Assembly (NCBI GenBank): GCA_963920595.1
Contig: OY986948.1
Span: 1,612,001 to 1,676,000, forward strand
Source: Eimeria praecox
Taxonomy: Eukaryota
Reading direction: 5' to 3'
Length of the DNA stretch: 64,000 nucleotides
Shown here piece after piece: positions 34,199 to 49,033 of the stretch. The notes beneath the pieces were generated by a model that was not told the DNA's origin, searched no databases, and worked only from the letters and a program-made list of their open reading frames with translations. The translations under genes were made by a program, and so were the position numbers. Every line of letters starts with the position of its first letter. The first letter of the stretch is position 1.

Positions 34199-34398
34199 NN
34201 NNNNNNNNNNNNNNNNNNNNNNNNNNNNNNNNNNNNNNNNNNNNNNNNNNNNNNNNNNNNNNNNNNNNNNNNNNNNNNNNNNNNNNNNNNNNNNNNNNNN
34301 NNNNNNNNNNNNNNNNNNNNNNNNNNNNNNNNNNNNNNNNNNNNNNNNNNNNNNNNNNNNNNNNNNNNNNNNNNNNNNNNNNNNNNNNNNNNNNNNNN
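34199..34398. other. Assembly gap (200 N)
   Basis: Run of exactly 200 N; genes are truncated on both sides. Confidence 0.99.
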
Positions 34399-34400
34399 CG

Positions 34401-34523
34401 TATGGTAGCTTAGGATCAGGAGCCCGCATGTGTAGGTCGTTTCCTGTTAGTAAGTTTGGCTTCTTCGGTGCAAGACGATTAGCTATTAAAGCTGTTACTC
34501 AATATCAACAGAAACAAATGCTG

Positions 34524-34584
<61 letters not shown>

Positions 34585-34689
34585 TTGCTGTTGATAATAT
34601 ACATAATTTGGGAGCCCTTAGAAATGCTATGGTACATGCTAGTAGTAGACACCCTTTCAATAGTAATAACAGCAGCAGCAACAGCAGCA

Positions 34690-34732
<43 letters not shown>

Positions 34733-35080
34733 TGGTTATGGAGGGAGTGGGGGCGCCTCACTTAAACGTAGAAGAGCAGCAGCAAAATCCCTGCATTTCG
34801 ACAGCAGCAGCAACGTAGAAAATCAAGAAATTGATAGTAAAGAAACACATAAACATAATATCATGCTCGGTGCTGCTGCTGCTGCTGCAGCAGCAGCAGC
34901 AGCAGCTGCAGCAGCACCTACAACAGCTGCAACTGCTGCTGCAGCTGCTGCTCCTGTAGCTCCTACGACTGAGAAGGAACCGGCCTTCTCTGCTGCTGCT
35001 GCTGCAGCAGCAGCAGCAGCAGCAGAACCAGCAGCAGCAGCACCGGCAGCAGCAGAACCAGCAGCAGCAGCAGCAGCAGA

Positions 35081-35125
<45 letters not shown>

Positions 35126-35199
35126 CTTAGATACCTCCTTCAGCTTCAGCAAACAATGCAGAGAGGAGACAGAAGTTCTACTGCCTTCTACATCCAAAG

Positions 35200-35244
<45 letters not shown>

Positions 35245-35418
35245 GGAGCAGCAGCAGTAGCACCACCACCAGCAACAGCAACAACAACAACAACAGCAGC
35301 AGCAGCAGCAGCAGCAGCAAGGATCAACATGACTTGCTGATGTCTCTTGTGTCTTCTGCTGCGTTAACAGACAGCAGCAAAGATGCAACAGCAGCAGCAG
35401 CAACAGCAGCAGCAGCAA

Positions 35419-35449
<31 letters not shown>

Positions 35450-35513
35450 GGAAGAGCTGAGGTGTATAGACAGTAGAAATACACAAAATACAATCGTAGA
35501 GGCTTCTGTCTGA
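34401..35513 (+). CDS. ApiAP2 transcription factor, 3' fragment (end of an AP2 domain plus low-complexity tail)
   Basis: The frame is open from the gap edge. YGSLGSGARMCRSFPVSKFGFFGARRLAI matches the beta3/helix end of apicomplexan AP2 domains (R.F.v.KfGf.gAr.lAi). Confidence 0.68.
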
Positions 35514-35562
35514 TAGTAATACACTTCTTCTTTTCTCTATAATTATTATTTAATATGTTTTC

Positions 35563-35630
<68 letters not shown>

Positions 35631-35723
35631 GTAGCTAATAATCGTATATGTAGATAATTTGTAAATTATATAAAATGTATTTATAAATGCGTATATACTT
35701 GTTAGATATGTCTGTATATACGT

Positions 35724-35767
<44 letters not shown>

Positions 35768-35842
35768 CAATGCTACAAAGAATGTTAATATAACTACGTA
35801 GTATAAATTATATTACGTAAACATTGTGTAGACTATCGTAGA

Positions 35843-35904
<62 letters not shown>

Positions 35905-35987
35905 TTTAGTATATATATATATATATAGATATATATATAAACTTTAGAATATATATATATATTATATATATATATACATTTATAATA

Positions 35988-36021
<34 letters not shown>

Positions 36022-36024
36022 CAT

Positions 36025-36060
<36 letters not shown>

Positions 36061-36207
36061 TTTTAGAATATAATGCATCTAAGATATCCAGTATATGTGC
36101 ATATATTTATACATATTACATATGTAATATAGCTATCTACCTACCTATCTATCTACCTATCTATCTATCTATCTATCTATCTAGATCTATCTATCTATCT
36201 ATCTATC

Positions 36208-36261
<54 letters not shown>

Positions 36262-36539
36262 CAGAGAGAGAGAGAGAGAATAGGTATGTATAAAATGCAT
36301 ATATATGTATATAATATAGAACATATATATATATATATATATATATAATGTAGATATTATGTAGATAGTTTATAATATATATATATATATATATATAATA
36401 TATTGGGGACGATAATTGTGTTTGTTCTTTGCTTTTTCGGTGTATCTACAGGTGGATATGCTGCTGTCTTGTTTATTAATTGTTTATTATATCTTTTCTT
36501 TAAATTAAACAACACGAAAGCTCCAGCAGCTGCTCTGCT

Positions 36540-36587
<48 letters not shown>

Positions 36588-37683
36588 CTTCGTGCGTTCT
36601 TTTCTGTTTTTTTGGCTGTTTGTCGTTTAATTTACTTTCTTTTATTATTTAATTATTTTTTTTCTTTAATTAATTTTCTTTAATTATTTTTGTTCTATTC
36701 GTTTATTTATAAATAATATATATATGTGTGGGGCTTAGCTGCCTATACACCCGAAGATGTTTCAAAAATAAATAAATAAATAAATAAATAAATAACTGAA
36801 TAAGTTGAATAAATAAATAAAGTAATTAATTAAATAATTAATTAATTAATTACTTAATTAAATAATTAAGAAAATACGTAAATAAATGAATTAAATAAAT
36901 AAATACTTTAAGACAAATAAACAGAGAGAGAGAAAGAGAGAGAAAGATAGAGATAGAGATAGAGATAGAAATAAAGAGAAAGAGATAGATAATAATATAA
37001 ATAAATATATTTATATAATATATATAAATATAGATAAACAGAAACATAGATAAATAAAAATAGATAAATAGAAATAAATAAAGATAATAGATAAATAGAT
37101 AAACGGAGACAGTTAATCTTATGTTAGCACGAAGTAAAGAGAAAATATTAAAAATAATTAAAAACTGAGGTGTACAGACACCCCAAATATATCTAACTTT
37201 CTTATACTTTGACGATTCATAGAAATACAAAAACAAGTAATTCTATATATATATATATATATATAATTATTTGTTTTAAATATACATATAAATATATAAA
37301 TATAAATAAAATTATACAAAGCACAAAATGCTGCTGCTGCTGCTGTGTACGTACACCTGAGCGAGCATGCAAGGATTAGTACTTGAGAAAATAATAAACA
37401 AATCTACATAATTTAAATAAATATAATTAAATAAATATATTTAAATAAATAAATAAATAAATAAATAGATAAATAAATAAATAAATAAATATTTAATTTT
37501 TATATTTGTAGGTGTTTTCTATTTTTTTTGTTTTTCTTTGTTTTTTCTTTTCTTTTAATAATTTAATTTAACTCGAATTAAATAAATTATTATATTAACA
37601 GAATTTATAAAAACTACACACAGCTGAGTTACATACAGCAGCAGCAACAGCAGCAGCAGCAGCAGCAACACTATACGCTGCAT

Positions 37684-37718
<35 letters not shown>

Positions 37719-37957
37719 TGCTGCTGCTGCTGCTGCTGTTGTTGTTGTTGTCTACAGTTTCTATAGTTACTTGAGTTTGTTTATTTAATTAAATTATAAT
37801 AAAATATAAATTATTTTCTTCCTGCTGCTGTTTATAACAAAGCTGGTTAGGCTTTGCAGCATTAGCAGCAGCAGCTGCAGCAGCAGCAACAGCAGCGAGA
37901 GGAGCAGCAGCAGCAGCAGCAGCAGCAGGAGCTGCTGCAGCAGCAGCAACTGCCATA

Positions 37958-38014
37958 ATGGCTCCTAACTCGCCTCAGCAACAGCAGCAGCAGAAGCAGA
38001 AGCAACAACAACAA

Positions 38015-38045
<31 letters not shown>

Positions 38046-38261
38046 GAAAACACAAGACAAGTAAGAGCAGCAGCAGCAGCAGCAGCAGCAACTCGCGTTT
38101 GCTGTGGAGACAGAAATTTGGAGGAGTAGGAGGAAGTACACAATTAGATACGATATTCTCTCTCTATGCAAACAGCAGCAGCAGCAGCAGCACAGCAGCA
38201 GCAGCAGCAGCAGCAGGAGCAGCAGCAGGAGCAGCAGGACTAACAGGATATAACCCCTCGC

Positions 38262-38300
<39 letters not shown>

Positions 38301-38708
38301 ATTTGCCTGCTGAGGTGCATGTTGCTCTTTCACACTTAACAAAGAAAGATAGACAAACACGAAGGAAGGGTTTGGAGCAACTGCAGCAGCTGCTGCAGCA
38401 GCAGCAGCTTGATGCTGCTGCTGTAGAACTGCTTCTCCCTCGTCTTGTCTTTGCATATAAAACAATTGTATTGACTGATCCACAACAGCAGAATAGATAT
38501 CTAATTAATATATCTCTTTATCTTCTTATTAAACAAATTAAAAAGAAAATCGCGCCATATCTGCAGCAGCTGCTGCCTTTGTGGTTATGCTCATTGAACG
38601 ATTCGTATAAAAATGCTGCTGCTGCTGCTGCTGCTGCTTTAGAGGAGGCATTCCCCCTGCCAGATAGACCTGTACCATCCCTGCAGCAGCAGCAGCAGCA
38701 GCAGCAAG

Positions 38709-38742
<34 letters not shown>

Positions 38743-38980
38743 GCATGTACAAAATGAACAGGGAAAGCGTGCTGATGATGCTGCTGCTGCTGCTGCTGCT
38801 GCTACAGCAGCAGCAGCAACAGCAAACACAAGGGATGAAAACAGCCGCAGCAGCAGCAGCAACAGCAACAGCAACCGCAGCAGCAGCAGCAGCAGCAGAG
38901 GGGTAGAGCGTCGTATTGCTGTAGTACAGCACTGCAAGGCTGCGGTGTTGGAGGGACTGGAGCAGCTGCTGCTGCTCCCT

Positions 38981-39016
<36 letters not shown>

Positions 39017-39130
39017 TCTGCCTCCAGCAGCCGTTGTTTAGATGAATGCCCGCAGGAGCGGATGGATAGACAGCTTACTTGTGCTTTACTTGCTGCTGCT
39101 GATGTTGTTCGTCTCCTTAGTCTCCCCCAG

Positions 39131-39195
<65 letters not shown>

Positions 39196-39378
39196 GCAAG
39201 CTAGTCTTGCTGCGTGGAGAGAGGATCTGTCTTTTCTGTTTTATGGTGATAGTAGAATATTTAATTATCTGAATCCATCGTTTAGATTATCTGTTCGTGC
39301 TGCAGCAGCAACAGCTCTTGCTGCTGTCTTGGGGGGGTTTGCTGCTGCAGGTGTTTCTCTACCTGACCCTCCTCCTCC

Positions 39379-39422
<44 letters not shown>

Positions 39423-39609
39423 GAGGAGCAGCAGCAGGAGGAGCAGCAACAGCAGCAGCAACAGCAGCAGCAGCAGGAGGAGCAGCAGCAGCAGCAGCAG
39501 CAGAGACAAACCCAGCAGCAGCATCGTGTTTTGCTGCTGTTACAACAGCTCTATCAGATGCTGCTCTATGTGCTGCAGCAGGGGGAGGGCTGTCTTCAGC
39601 TCTATGCGG

Positions 39610-39648
<39 letters not shown>

Positions 39649-39796
39649 TCCTGCTGCAGCAGGTGGATTCGCTGCTGCTGCTGCTGCTGCTGCTGCACCT
39701 GCTGTACCTGCTGCTGCTGCAAGCTGCTGCGGTCACTTGCTGCGCTCGGCGAGGCTGCTGCTGCAGCGCTTCCTTCCCCCAGGATACGGAAGCACA

Positions 39797-39831
<35 letters not shown>

Positions 39832-40282
39832 GCAGATGAAGAAGACCTCTCCGCAGCGTCAGATATTTAATTTGTTTCACAAGTTGCTGGCTCTAGCGAG
39901 ACATGCAGGTAAGACTGGTGTTGCTGCTGCTGCTGCTGCTGCTGCTGTTGCTGCTGTTGCTGCTGCTGCTGCTATTGCTGCTGCTGGTTTTGCTGCTGGT
40001 ACTGCTGTTGGTGCTGCTGTATCTGCTGCTGTTGCTGTTTCCGTCTTAAGCACAGCTTCTGCTTCTGGGCTTTCAGCTTCTGCTGTTGCTGCTGCTGCTG
40101 TTGGTGCTGCTGCTGTTGCTGCTGCAGGCTACAGCAGCACCAGCTGTATGTACGACGAGCTGCCGCTGCTGCTTGCTGCGGTGCCTTCGGATCTGCTGCT
40201 TCACAGCGCCGAAGGTAAATTATTTATTCAAGAAATCCCTGCTGCTTTGCTGCTGCCTCTGGAGAGTGTGCTGCTGCTGCCG

Positions 40283-40316
<34 letters not shown>

Positions 40317-41122
40317 AGCAGCAACAGCAGCGGCAGAAGAACCATCAGAAACTGCAACAGCAGCAACAATCGATCCGGGATGACGAAACAGAACAGCAGC
40401 AGCAGCAGCAGCAGCAGGAGCAGCAGGAGCAGCAGCAGCAGCAGCAAGACAAGCCCCAGCCACGGCAGCAGCTGCAGCAGATCGTGTGTCCGCCTGCTGC
40501 TGCAGCTTTGAATTGCTTCTACTGTATCCTCATCTTCCTGCTGGAGAGGCGCATCCTGCCTGCAGCAACAGCAACAGCAGCAGCAGCAGCAACAGCAGCA
40601 ACAGCAACAGCAACAACAGAAGCAGCAACAGCAGCAACAACAGCAGCAGCAACACCAGCAGCAGCAACAGCAGCAGCAGCAGCAGCAGGTTCTAAGACAC
40701 CGCTGTCTGCAGAGGAAGACATGCAGCAGCTGCTGCAGCTCTTCTGCTGCAAGTACCCCACATACCCTCTTGACCTGTTCGTACGAGGGCAGCAGCAGCT
40801 GCTGCTGCAGCAGCAGCAGCAGCAGCAGCAGGAAGAGAGACAGACACCACTGACGGCAGCAGCAGAAGGGGTTCGATCTGTGCTGCCACAGGCTATAAGC
40901 AGCTTTGCTGCTGCTGCTGCTGATAGGAAGCTACCGTTGCTGCTGCTGCAGTCTATGTGGAGCAGCATATACACCGTGGTGCTGCCTGATGCCCCACAGC
41001 AGCAGCAGCAGCAGCAGCAACAGGTGGATGATGCTGCTGCAGAGGAGCAGCAGATTGGTGCAGCTTCTCTAGCGGTGGCCCGACAAGTAGAACTCAAGTC
41101 ATTGCCGCTGCTGCTGCAGCTA

Positions 41123-41154
<32 letters not shown>

Positions 41155-41414
41155 ACAGCAGCAGCAGGATGCTGCGACTGCATCAGCAGCAGAAACAGCA
41201 GCTGGGGCTTTGCTTATGCTGCTGCTGCAGCAGATAAGGGAGCACTTGGCCTGTACCTTCGGCGGGATGCAGCAGCAACAGCAGCAGCAGCAACAGCAGC
41301 AACAGCAGCAGCAGCAGCAGCAGCAGCAACCGCGGGTAGCCTCCTATGAAAATTTGAAGGCACTAGACGCGCTGATGAGAGCTGCAGAGCAATGTCTGCT
41401 GCGCCTGCAGCTCC

Positions 41415-41459
<45 letters not shown>

Positions 41460-41465
41460 GGGATA

Positions 41466-41499
<34 letters not shown>

Positions 41500-42022
41500 T
41501 TTATGTCCTGTGTTAAAGGAGGCATTCAGCGCCCGGAAGGAGGTGCTGCTGCTGCTGAGAGCAGCAGCAGCAGCAGCAAAATTTAAAGATATTGGTTGTG
41601 CTGCTTCAACGGATACAGCTGCAGCAAGCCTACAGCAGCAGCAGCAGCAGCAGCGTCTTGTCTTCCAGCAAATAGCTGACAGGCTGGTGCTGCCGCTGCT
41701 GCTGCGTGCTGCAGCAGAAGAAGCAGAAGCAGCAGCAGCAACGGCACCAACAGCAGCAGCAGCAACAGCAGCAACAGCAGCAACAGCAGCAGCACAACCC
41801 TCGTCTGTTTGGCAGGCTGCTGCAGAGGCCATCGTCCTCTCTCCTGCTGCTGAGACAGCAGCAGCAACAACAGCAACAACAACAGCAGCAGCAGCACCAG
41901 CAATAACAGCAGCAGCAGCAGCAACAACAGCAGCAGCAGCAGAACAGCTGCTGCAGCGGTGGTGTTGCAGCGCCTTTGCTCTTGGGCAGCTGCATCGCCT
42001 GTGGCGGCGCTTCCATGCAGCA

Positions 42023-42055
<33 letters not shown>

Positions 42056-42088
42056 GGCGCTGCAGCAACAGATGCAGCAACAGCAGCA

Positions 42089-42121
<33 letters not shown>

Positions 42122-42357
42122 AGAATGGTGTTGCCCCCTACAACTCAAATTGCTCTTTCGAATATCCTCGTGAACCTCCTTAGAGAGCTGCCTCTGCTGC
42201 TGCAGCAGCAACAGCAGCAGCAACAGCAGCAGCAACAGCAGCAGCAACAGCAGCAAGTGCAGCAGCAGCAGCTACAAGTACTTGCGCCGCTGCTTCCTGA
42301 TTTGCTGCAGGTCTTTCTTAGCAGCTGCAGCAGCAGCAGCAGCAGCAGCAAGGACGG

Positions 42358-42393
<36 letters not shown>

Positions 42394-42610
42394 AGGGCAG
42401 CTATTTGTTCTCCCGGAGGAGCTGGCAGCAGACACAGCTTCGCACATCGTACAGACACTGCGGCTGCTGCAGCAGCTGCAGCAGCAGCAGCAGCAGCAGC
42501 AGCAAGAGCAGATTTGGAGGACTCCTTCAGCTGCTGCTGCTCTGCTGCAGTGTACAGACACCGTGCGCAAAGCTGTGGCCTCTCGAGAGCTGCTGCAGAT
42601 CCTAATTCGT

Positions 42611-42659
<49 letters not shown>

Positions 42660-43106
42660 ACAGCAGCAACAGCAGCAGCAGCAGCAGCAGGAGCCTCGAA
42701 GCAACTTGCTGCTCAGCGGCTGCTGCACTGCTACAGGAGAGAGTGGAAGGGTGGGAGCTGCCGTCTGCTGCTGCTGCAGATCTGCTGCTGCTGCTGCTGC
42801 AGTCTTTAACTGCTGCAGCTCGAGAACAGCTCAAGCAGCAGCTAAAGGCAGCAGCAGCAGCAGCAACAGCAGCTGAAAGCTGTACAGAAGGACCCGCGGC
42901 GGCAGAAAGTGCTGCTGCTGCTGCTGCTCCTGCTGCTGCTGCTGCTGCAGTTATTACGCCTGAGGGCTGGGCGGCAGCAGCAGCATTGCTTGCTGCAGCA
43001 GACAGCAGCAGCACGAATAGAAACACTTTCTCTATGTATGGGATGGAGCAGGCCTTGGCCTTCTTAAGAGAGATGCTGCTGCTGCAGACACTGCAGCTTA
43101 AACCCC

Positions 43107-43145
<39 letters not shown>

Positions 43146-43444
43146 GCAGCAGATATGCAGCTGAGCGGCAATACAAATCCGCTGCGTTTTGTTGGCGGGC
43201 TTCTGTTGCATTTCTTTGTAGAGTTGCAGCAGCAGCAGAGTCTGCTGCTGCTGCTGCTGCTGCTGCTCCTGCTGCTGCTGTTGCTGCTGCAGACGAGGCT
43301 CTGCGGTTGGCGATCGATGCAGCAGCAGCAGCAGCAACAGCCACAGCAACAGGAGCAGCAACAGCAGATGCAGATAAAAGAACAGCAGCTAAGGAGGGGG
43401 GGTTGCTGCTGCTGTTGTGTGGATTGACAGTAGAAGCTGTTGAG

Positions 43445-43498
<54 letters not shown>

Positions 43499-43665
43499 CA
43501 CCGGGGCCATGGCCGCAAGGGGAAGCGCATGCATGGCGCAGCAAGAACCCTAACAGCAGCAGCAGCAGCAGCAACACCAGCTGCTGCTGCTGCTGCTGCT
43601 GCTGCTCCGTATGCAGCACCAACGGCAGCAAGCCAAGAGGTGCGGGGCGCTCTATGCTACCTACT

Positions 43666-43700
<35 letters not shown>

Positions 43701-44216
43701 CAGTTCTGCTGGGTCTGCTGCTGCAGCAGCTGCTTGCTGCAGCAGCAAATGAATACGCAGAAGCTAATACCGAATTTGCTGGGCTTACGCCGCTTCGCTT
43801 GAGGGCTCTTGTCTCTGCTGCTGCTGCTGCTGCTGCTCCTGTTGCAGCAGCAGCAGCTGCTGCTGCAGCAGCAGGAGCAGCAGCAGCAGCTAGCGATGAG
43901 GATTCAAGATACTCTTCCTTCTATGTGCTGCAGCAGCTGCTGCAGAGCCTTGCTGCTTCAGAAGCAGCAGAAGACGCACCCGCTGCTGTAGCTGCTGCTG
44001 CCTCTCCTGCTGCTGCTGCAATCTGCGTGGCTGCTGCAGCAGACTACGGGATGCTGTTTGCTGCTGCTCCTGCTGCTGCTGCTGCTGCTGCTCCTGCTGC
44101 TGCTGCTGCTGCTGCAGATGAGTCGACAGATACAGCGGAGCGACAAGCGAGGCGATATACAGAAGACACGAAACTGCTGCTGCTGCATGCCTTCCTATTC
44201 TCTGCAGCAGCCAAGA

Positions 44217-44248
<32 letters not shown>

Positions 44249-44358
44249 ACAGCAGCAGCAGCAACAGCAGCACAGAGTGCGAAGCGCCGAGAGACATGCG
44301 CTGCTCTTTTGAGGGTTACTGCTGCTCTTACTGCTGCAGCAGCGGGAACGTTGCAGCT

Positions 44359-44394
<36 letters not shown>

Positions 44395-44556
44395 ACAGCA
44401 GCAGCAGCAGCAGCAGCAACAAGAGGAGCAACTGATGCAACAGCAGCAGCTGCTGCAGGAGTTGCTGCAGCAGCAGCGAGAGCTCTTTCATTTGGCAGCC
44501 AACAACCTTCTAACCTCCCCTCACGGAGACCATCATCATCAGCAGCAGCAACAGCA

Positions 44557-44587
<31 letters not shown>

Positions 44588-44808
44588 GAGCAGCAGCTGC
44601 AGCAGCAGCTGCTGCTGCAGCAGCTGTTCTGCAGCGATGCTTTGTGTGCTTCTGCTGTTGTTGTATTTGAGACGAAATATTTGCTGCTGGAGTCGCAAGA
44701 GAAAACTCTGCTGCAGCGGCTGCTGCTGCAGCACTTCTCTGCTGCTGCTCTGCTGCTGCTCCCCTCCAACAACAGCAGCAGCACCAACAACAACAGCAAC
44801 AGCAGCAC

Positions 44809-44846
<38 letters not shown>

Positions 44847-44920
44847 GGCCTCCCTTGTTTTTTGCGCTGCAGCTGACGGCTTTGCTGCTCAGCAAGCAGC
44901 AGCAGCAACAGCAGCAGCAA

Positions 44921-44952
<32 letters not shown>

Positions 44953-45039
44953 GCATGAATGCAGACTGTTGGCTGGTTTAGTACAAATTGCCCTCGCCGT
45001 GGATAGCTACCTATGCCAGCAGCAGCAGCAGCAACAGCA

Positions 45040-45074
<35 letters not shown>

Positions 45075-45182
45075 TATGTGAGCGGGTGTATTCAGAAGGA
45101 TTAGTGATGAGTCTTTGTGCTGCTCTGCAGCAGGTAGAATTGCTCATAACAACAGCAGCAGCAGCAGCAGCAGCAGGAACAT

Positions 45183-45213
<31 letters not shown>

Positions 45214-45517
45214 TCTTCTTGGGATGCGCTCGCTGCAGCTGCAGCGGCCGGTGCTTCGAGCTTTGCGTAACTACCCTTGGGGTGTACGTGCACTTGAAGG
45301 CAGCGTGCTGCTGCTGCAGTCTCCTCCTGCTGCAGATCCTGCTGCTGCTGCTGCTGCTGCAGCAGCAGCAGCAACAGCAGCAACAGAGGATGCTGCTGCA
45401 CCGCAGCAGCACTGCCGGCTTGCAGCGCTGCGGTGGAGTCGTGAAGTAGCTTGCAAAGAGGCAGCAGCAACAGCAGCAGCAGCAGCAGCTGCTGCTGCTG
45501 CAGAGGGGACCGGTATA

Positions 45518-45552
<35 letters not shown>

Positions 45553-45678
45553 GCAGCAGGAAGAGAGGAGGCTTTGGGTAGAACGGCTTGTGAAAGCAGC
45601 AGAAGAAGATATAGAGCAAGAGGAGAAAGAAGATACTGAAGCAGCAGACGAACAGAGACACTGCATGCAGCAGCAGCT

Positions 45679-45721
<43 letters not shown>

Positions 45722-46278
45722 GACTCACCTCGTGACATGTGCTGCAGCAGCGATGCTTCGGGAGAAGCAGCAGCAGCAGCAGCAGCTGCTGCTGCTGCTG
45801 CTGCTTCTGCCTCTAGCGATACTACTAGTGGTAAGACCTTCGATATATTTTTATTTTATTTTATTTTGTTTTATTTTATTTTATCTTATTTTGCTTTATT
45901 TTATTTTATTTTATTTGTTTTGTTTCGTTTGTTAGTATAATATATTTATTTATATTATTTCTTATAATTATTTGTTTTAATTGTGGTGTCTGTCTATCTG
46001 CTGTACAGGGGAGACAGCAGCAAATGGCTTGCTGCTGCTGCAGCAGCTGCTGCAGCATTTAGTGGGGTGTAGCTTTGCTGCGCTGCTGCTAGAGACGTAT
46101 GCTGTTGCTGCTAGACTGTTTGCTGTGCATGCACGAGAAGATTCTGCTGCTGCTGCTGCAGCAGCAGCAGCAGCAGGAGGAGGAGGTGGAAGCAGCAGCA
46201 GCTGCTGCAGCACTGATGCTGAAGCAGCGCTGCAGCGGGATGCTGCTCTTTGTCTGAGAGGCTGGCTGTTAGTTCTTA

Positions 46279-46320
<42 letters not shown>

Positions 46321-46786
46321 ACTCTGCTGATAACGAAGAAGAGAATAAACCCTTGGAGCTGTCTCTGCTGCATTCAGCACTTGAAATGCGCCCTGCAGCA
46401 GCAGCAGCAGCAGCAGCAGCACTGCAGCAACAGCAGCAGCAGCAGCAGCAGAATTCAGCTCGCTCTGCCGCTGCTCAAAACCCAACAGACGAACCCTCCG
46501 GAGCTGCTGCTGCTGCTGCAGCAGCAGCAGCAGCAGCAGCTGCTGCTGCTGCTGCTGTTAGTTGCAGCTGCGACAGCTGTTTGCTGCTGCCAGAGCTAAA
46601 GGCGATGTCGCTTGGTGAGGCTTTGATGCAGCTTCTCTTTCACATCATAACACGCTATGAGCCTACTGCTGCAGCAGTAGCAGCAGCAACAGCAGCAGCA
46701 GCAGCAGCAGAAGCTGCGGATGCTGCAGCTGCTACTTCCCCACACCACTCTCCCTTCAACAAATACACAAGCTACAGCAGCAGCAA

Positions 46787-46823
<37 letters not shown>

Positions 46824-46916
46824 GTTTCGTATCGCAGCCCGTGGGAGCTGTGGGTGGATGCTGATGAGTGGAGCTGCAATTCTGTTGTGTCTTCGCCCTC
46901 ATCAGCAGCATCAGCA

Positions 46917-46990
<74 letters not shown>

Positions 46991-47109
46991 GTTGCTGCAG
47001 CAGTTTCCTGTGTTAGAGGATAAGTGGATGGAGTTAGGAGATTTGTTTCTTTGGTTTTTGGCCTCGCGAGTTTATTCGATGCTGCTGCTAGCTGATCCTC
47101 GTGAGACAA

Positions 47110-47142
<33 letters not shown>

Positions 47143-47744
47143 ATTGCTGCTGCTGCTGCTGCTGTTATTGCTGCTGCTGCTGTTATTGGTGCTGCTGCTG
47201 TTATTGGTGGTGCTGCTGCTGCTGTTATTGGTGCTGCTGCTGTTATTGGTGCTGCTGCTGTTATTGGTGGTGGTGCTGCTGCTGTTATTGGTGCTGCTGC
47301 TGCTGCTGCTATTGGTGGTGGTGGTGGTGCTGCTGCTGTTATTGGTGCTGCTGCTGCTGTTATTGGTGGTGGTGGTGCTGCTGCTGTTGTTGGTGGTGGT
47401 GCTGCTGCTGCTGTTATTGGTGCTGCTGCTGCTGCTGTTATTGGTGCTGCTGCTGCTGCTGTTATGGCTGCTGCTGCTGCTGTTATGGTTGCTGTTGCTA
47501 TGGCGGCTGCTGGGGTTGCTACGGCTGCTGCTGCTACAGGGAGCTGCAGCAAACCCAGCAGCAGCAAAAGAGTGTATTGCTGCTGTTGCTGCTGTTGCTG
47601 CTCTTCTTGCTGCTGTTCTTGCTGCTGTTCTTGCTGCTGTTCTTGCTGCTGCTGCTGCTGGTATGGCTGCTGCTACTGCTGCTGCAGTTGCTGCTGCTGC
47701 TGCTGCTGGTATTGTTGCTTCTACATTTAAATCTAAACCTGTTG

Positions 47745-47775
<31 letters not shown>

Positions 47776-48472
47776 TGCTGGATTTGCTGCAGATTGTGTG
47801 CGGCATGTATGGTCGAGGTGTACGGACAGTGGGGCTAGGAGACAACTCGAAGCATTCACAGAAAGATATATCAGCCCCTGGTTTGTCTCTTGCTGCTGCT
47901 GCTGCTGCTGTGGTCTTGTTGCTGCTGCTGCTGCTGTGGTCTTGCTGCTGCTGCTGCTGCCTAATTGCTGCTGTTGGTGTTGCTGCTGCAGCAACAGCAA
48001 CAACAGGCGCAGCAGGAGCAGCAGCAGCAGCAGGAGCAGCAGGAGCAGGAGCAGGAGCAGCAGCATGAGGATGATATGATATTGTTGTTTTGTTTATTTG
48101 TCTTACAGGTATATAGAAATAGAATATCTAAGATGTCAAGGTCTTAATAAGAAGGCAGAAGTTGGAGGTGTATTTCTAGAAAAGAATTACAAAGGTTTAT
48201 TAATATTATTAAAAATATATAAAGTTGAATGTACAGTGAAAATCGGTGTTGTGTTTGGCGCATCTCATCCTCTTAATAAACCGAAAATAATATTCGTTGA
48301 AGAACCCAATTGTGGTGAGGCATATCATATACTCTTTATTTGATGATGATCATGATGCTGCTGCTGTTGTTGCTGCTGCTGCTGGTGATGGTGCTGGTGA
48401 TGGTGCTGCTGCTGGTGGTGCTGCTGGTGATGGTGCTGGTGATGGTGCTGGTGGTGGTGGTGGTGGTGCTGC

Positions 48473-48507
<35 letters not shown>

Positions 48508-48957
48508 CTGTTGTTGCTGCTGTTGGTGCTGCTGGTGGTGGTGCTGCTGCTGCTGTTGCTGGTGATGGTGCTGCTGGTGGTGGTGGTGGTGGTGCTGCTG
48601 CTGCTGCTGCTGTTGCTGCTGCTGTTGTTGTTGCTGCTATTGGTGCTGCTGGTGGTGGTGGTGCTGCTGCTGTTGTTGCTGATTTGCTGCTGCTGTTGGT
48701 GATTTGCTGCTGCTGCTGCTGCTGCTGCGGTGTTGCGTTTGTTAATATAATTAATATAATATTAATTATATTAATTATTGTATTAACGAATATACTAATA
48801 ATAAATAAATAATAATAATAAAAGATTCAATTCAATATAGAAGCATATAAATATATAAATATATAAATATATTGATAGATAGGTAAATAAATACACACAC
48901 AAACAAACAAACAAACAAACAAACAAATTAAATAAATTATATATCTATATCTATCTA

Positions 48958-49033
<76 letters not shown>

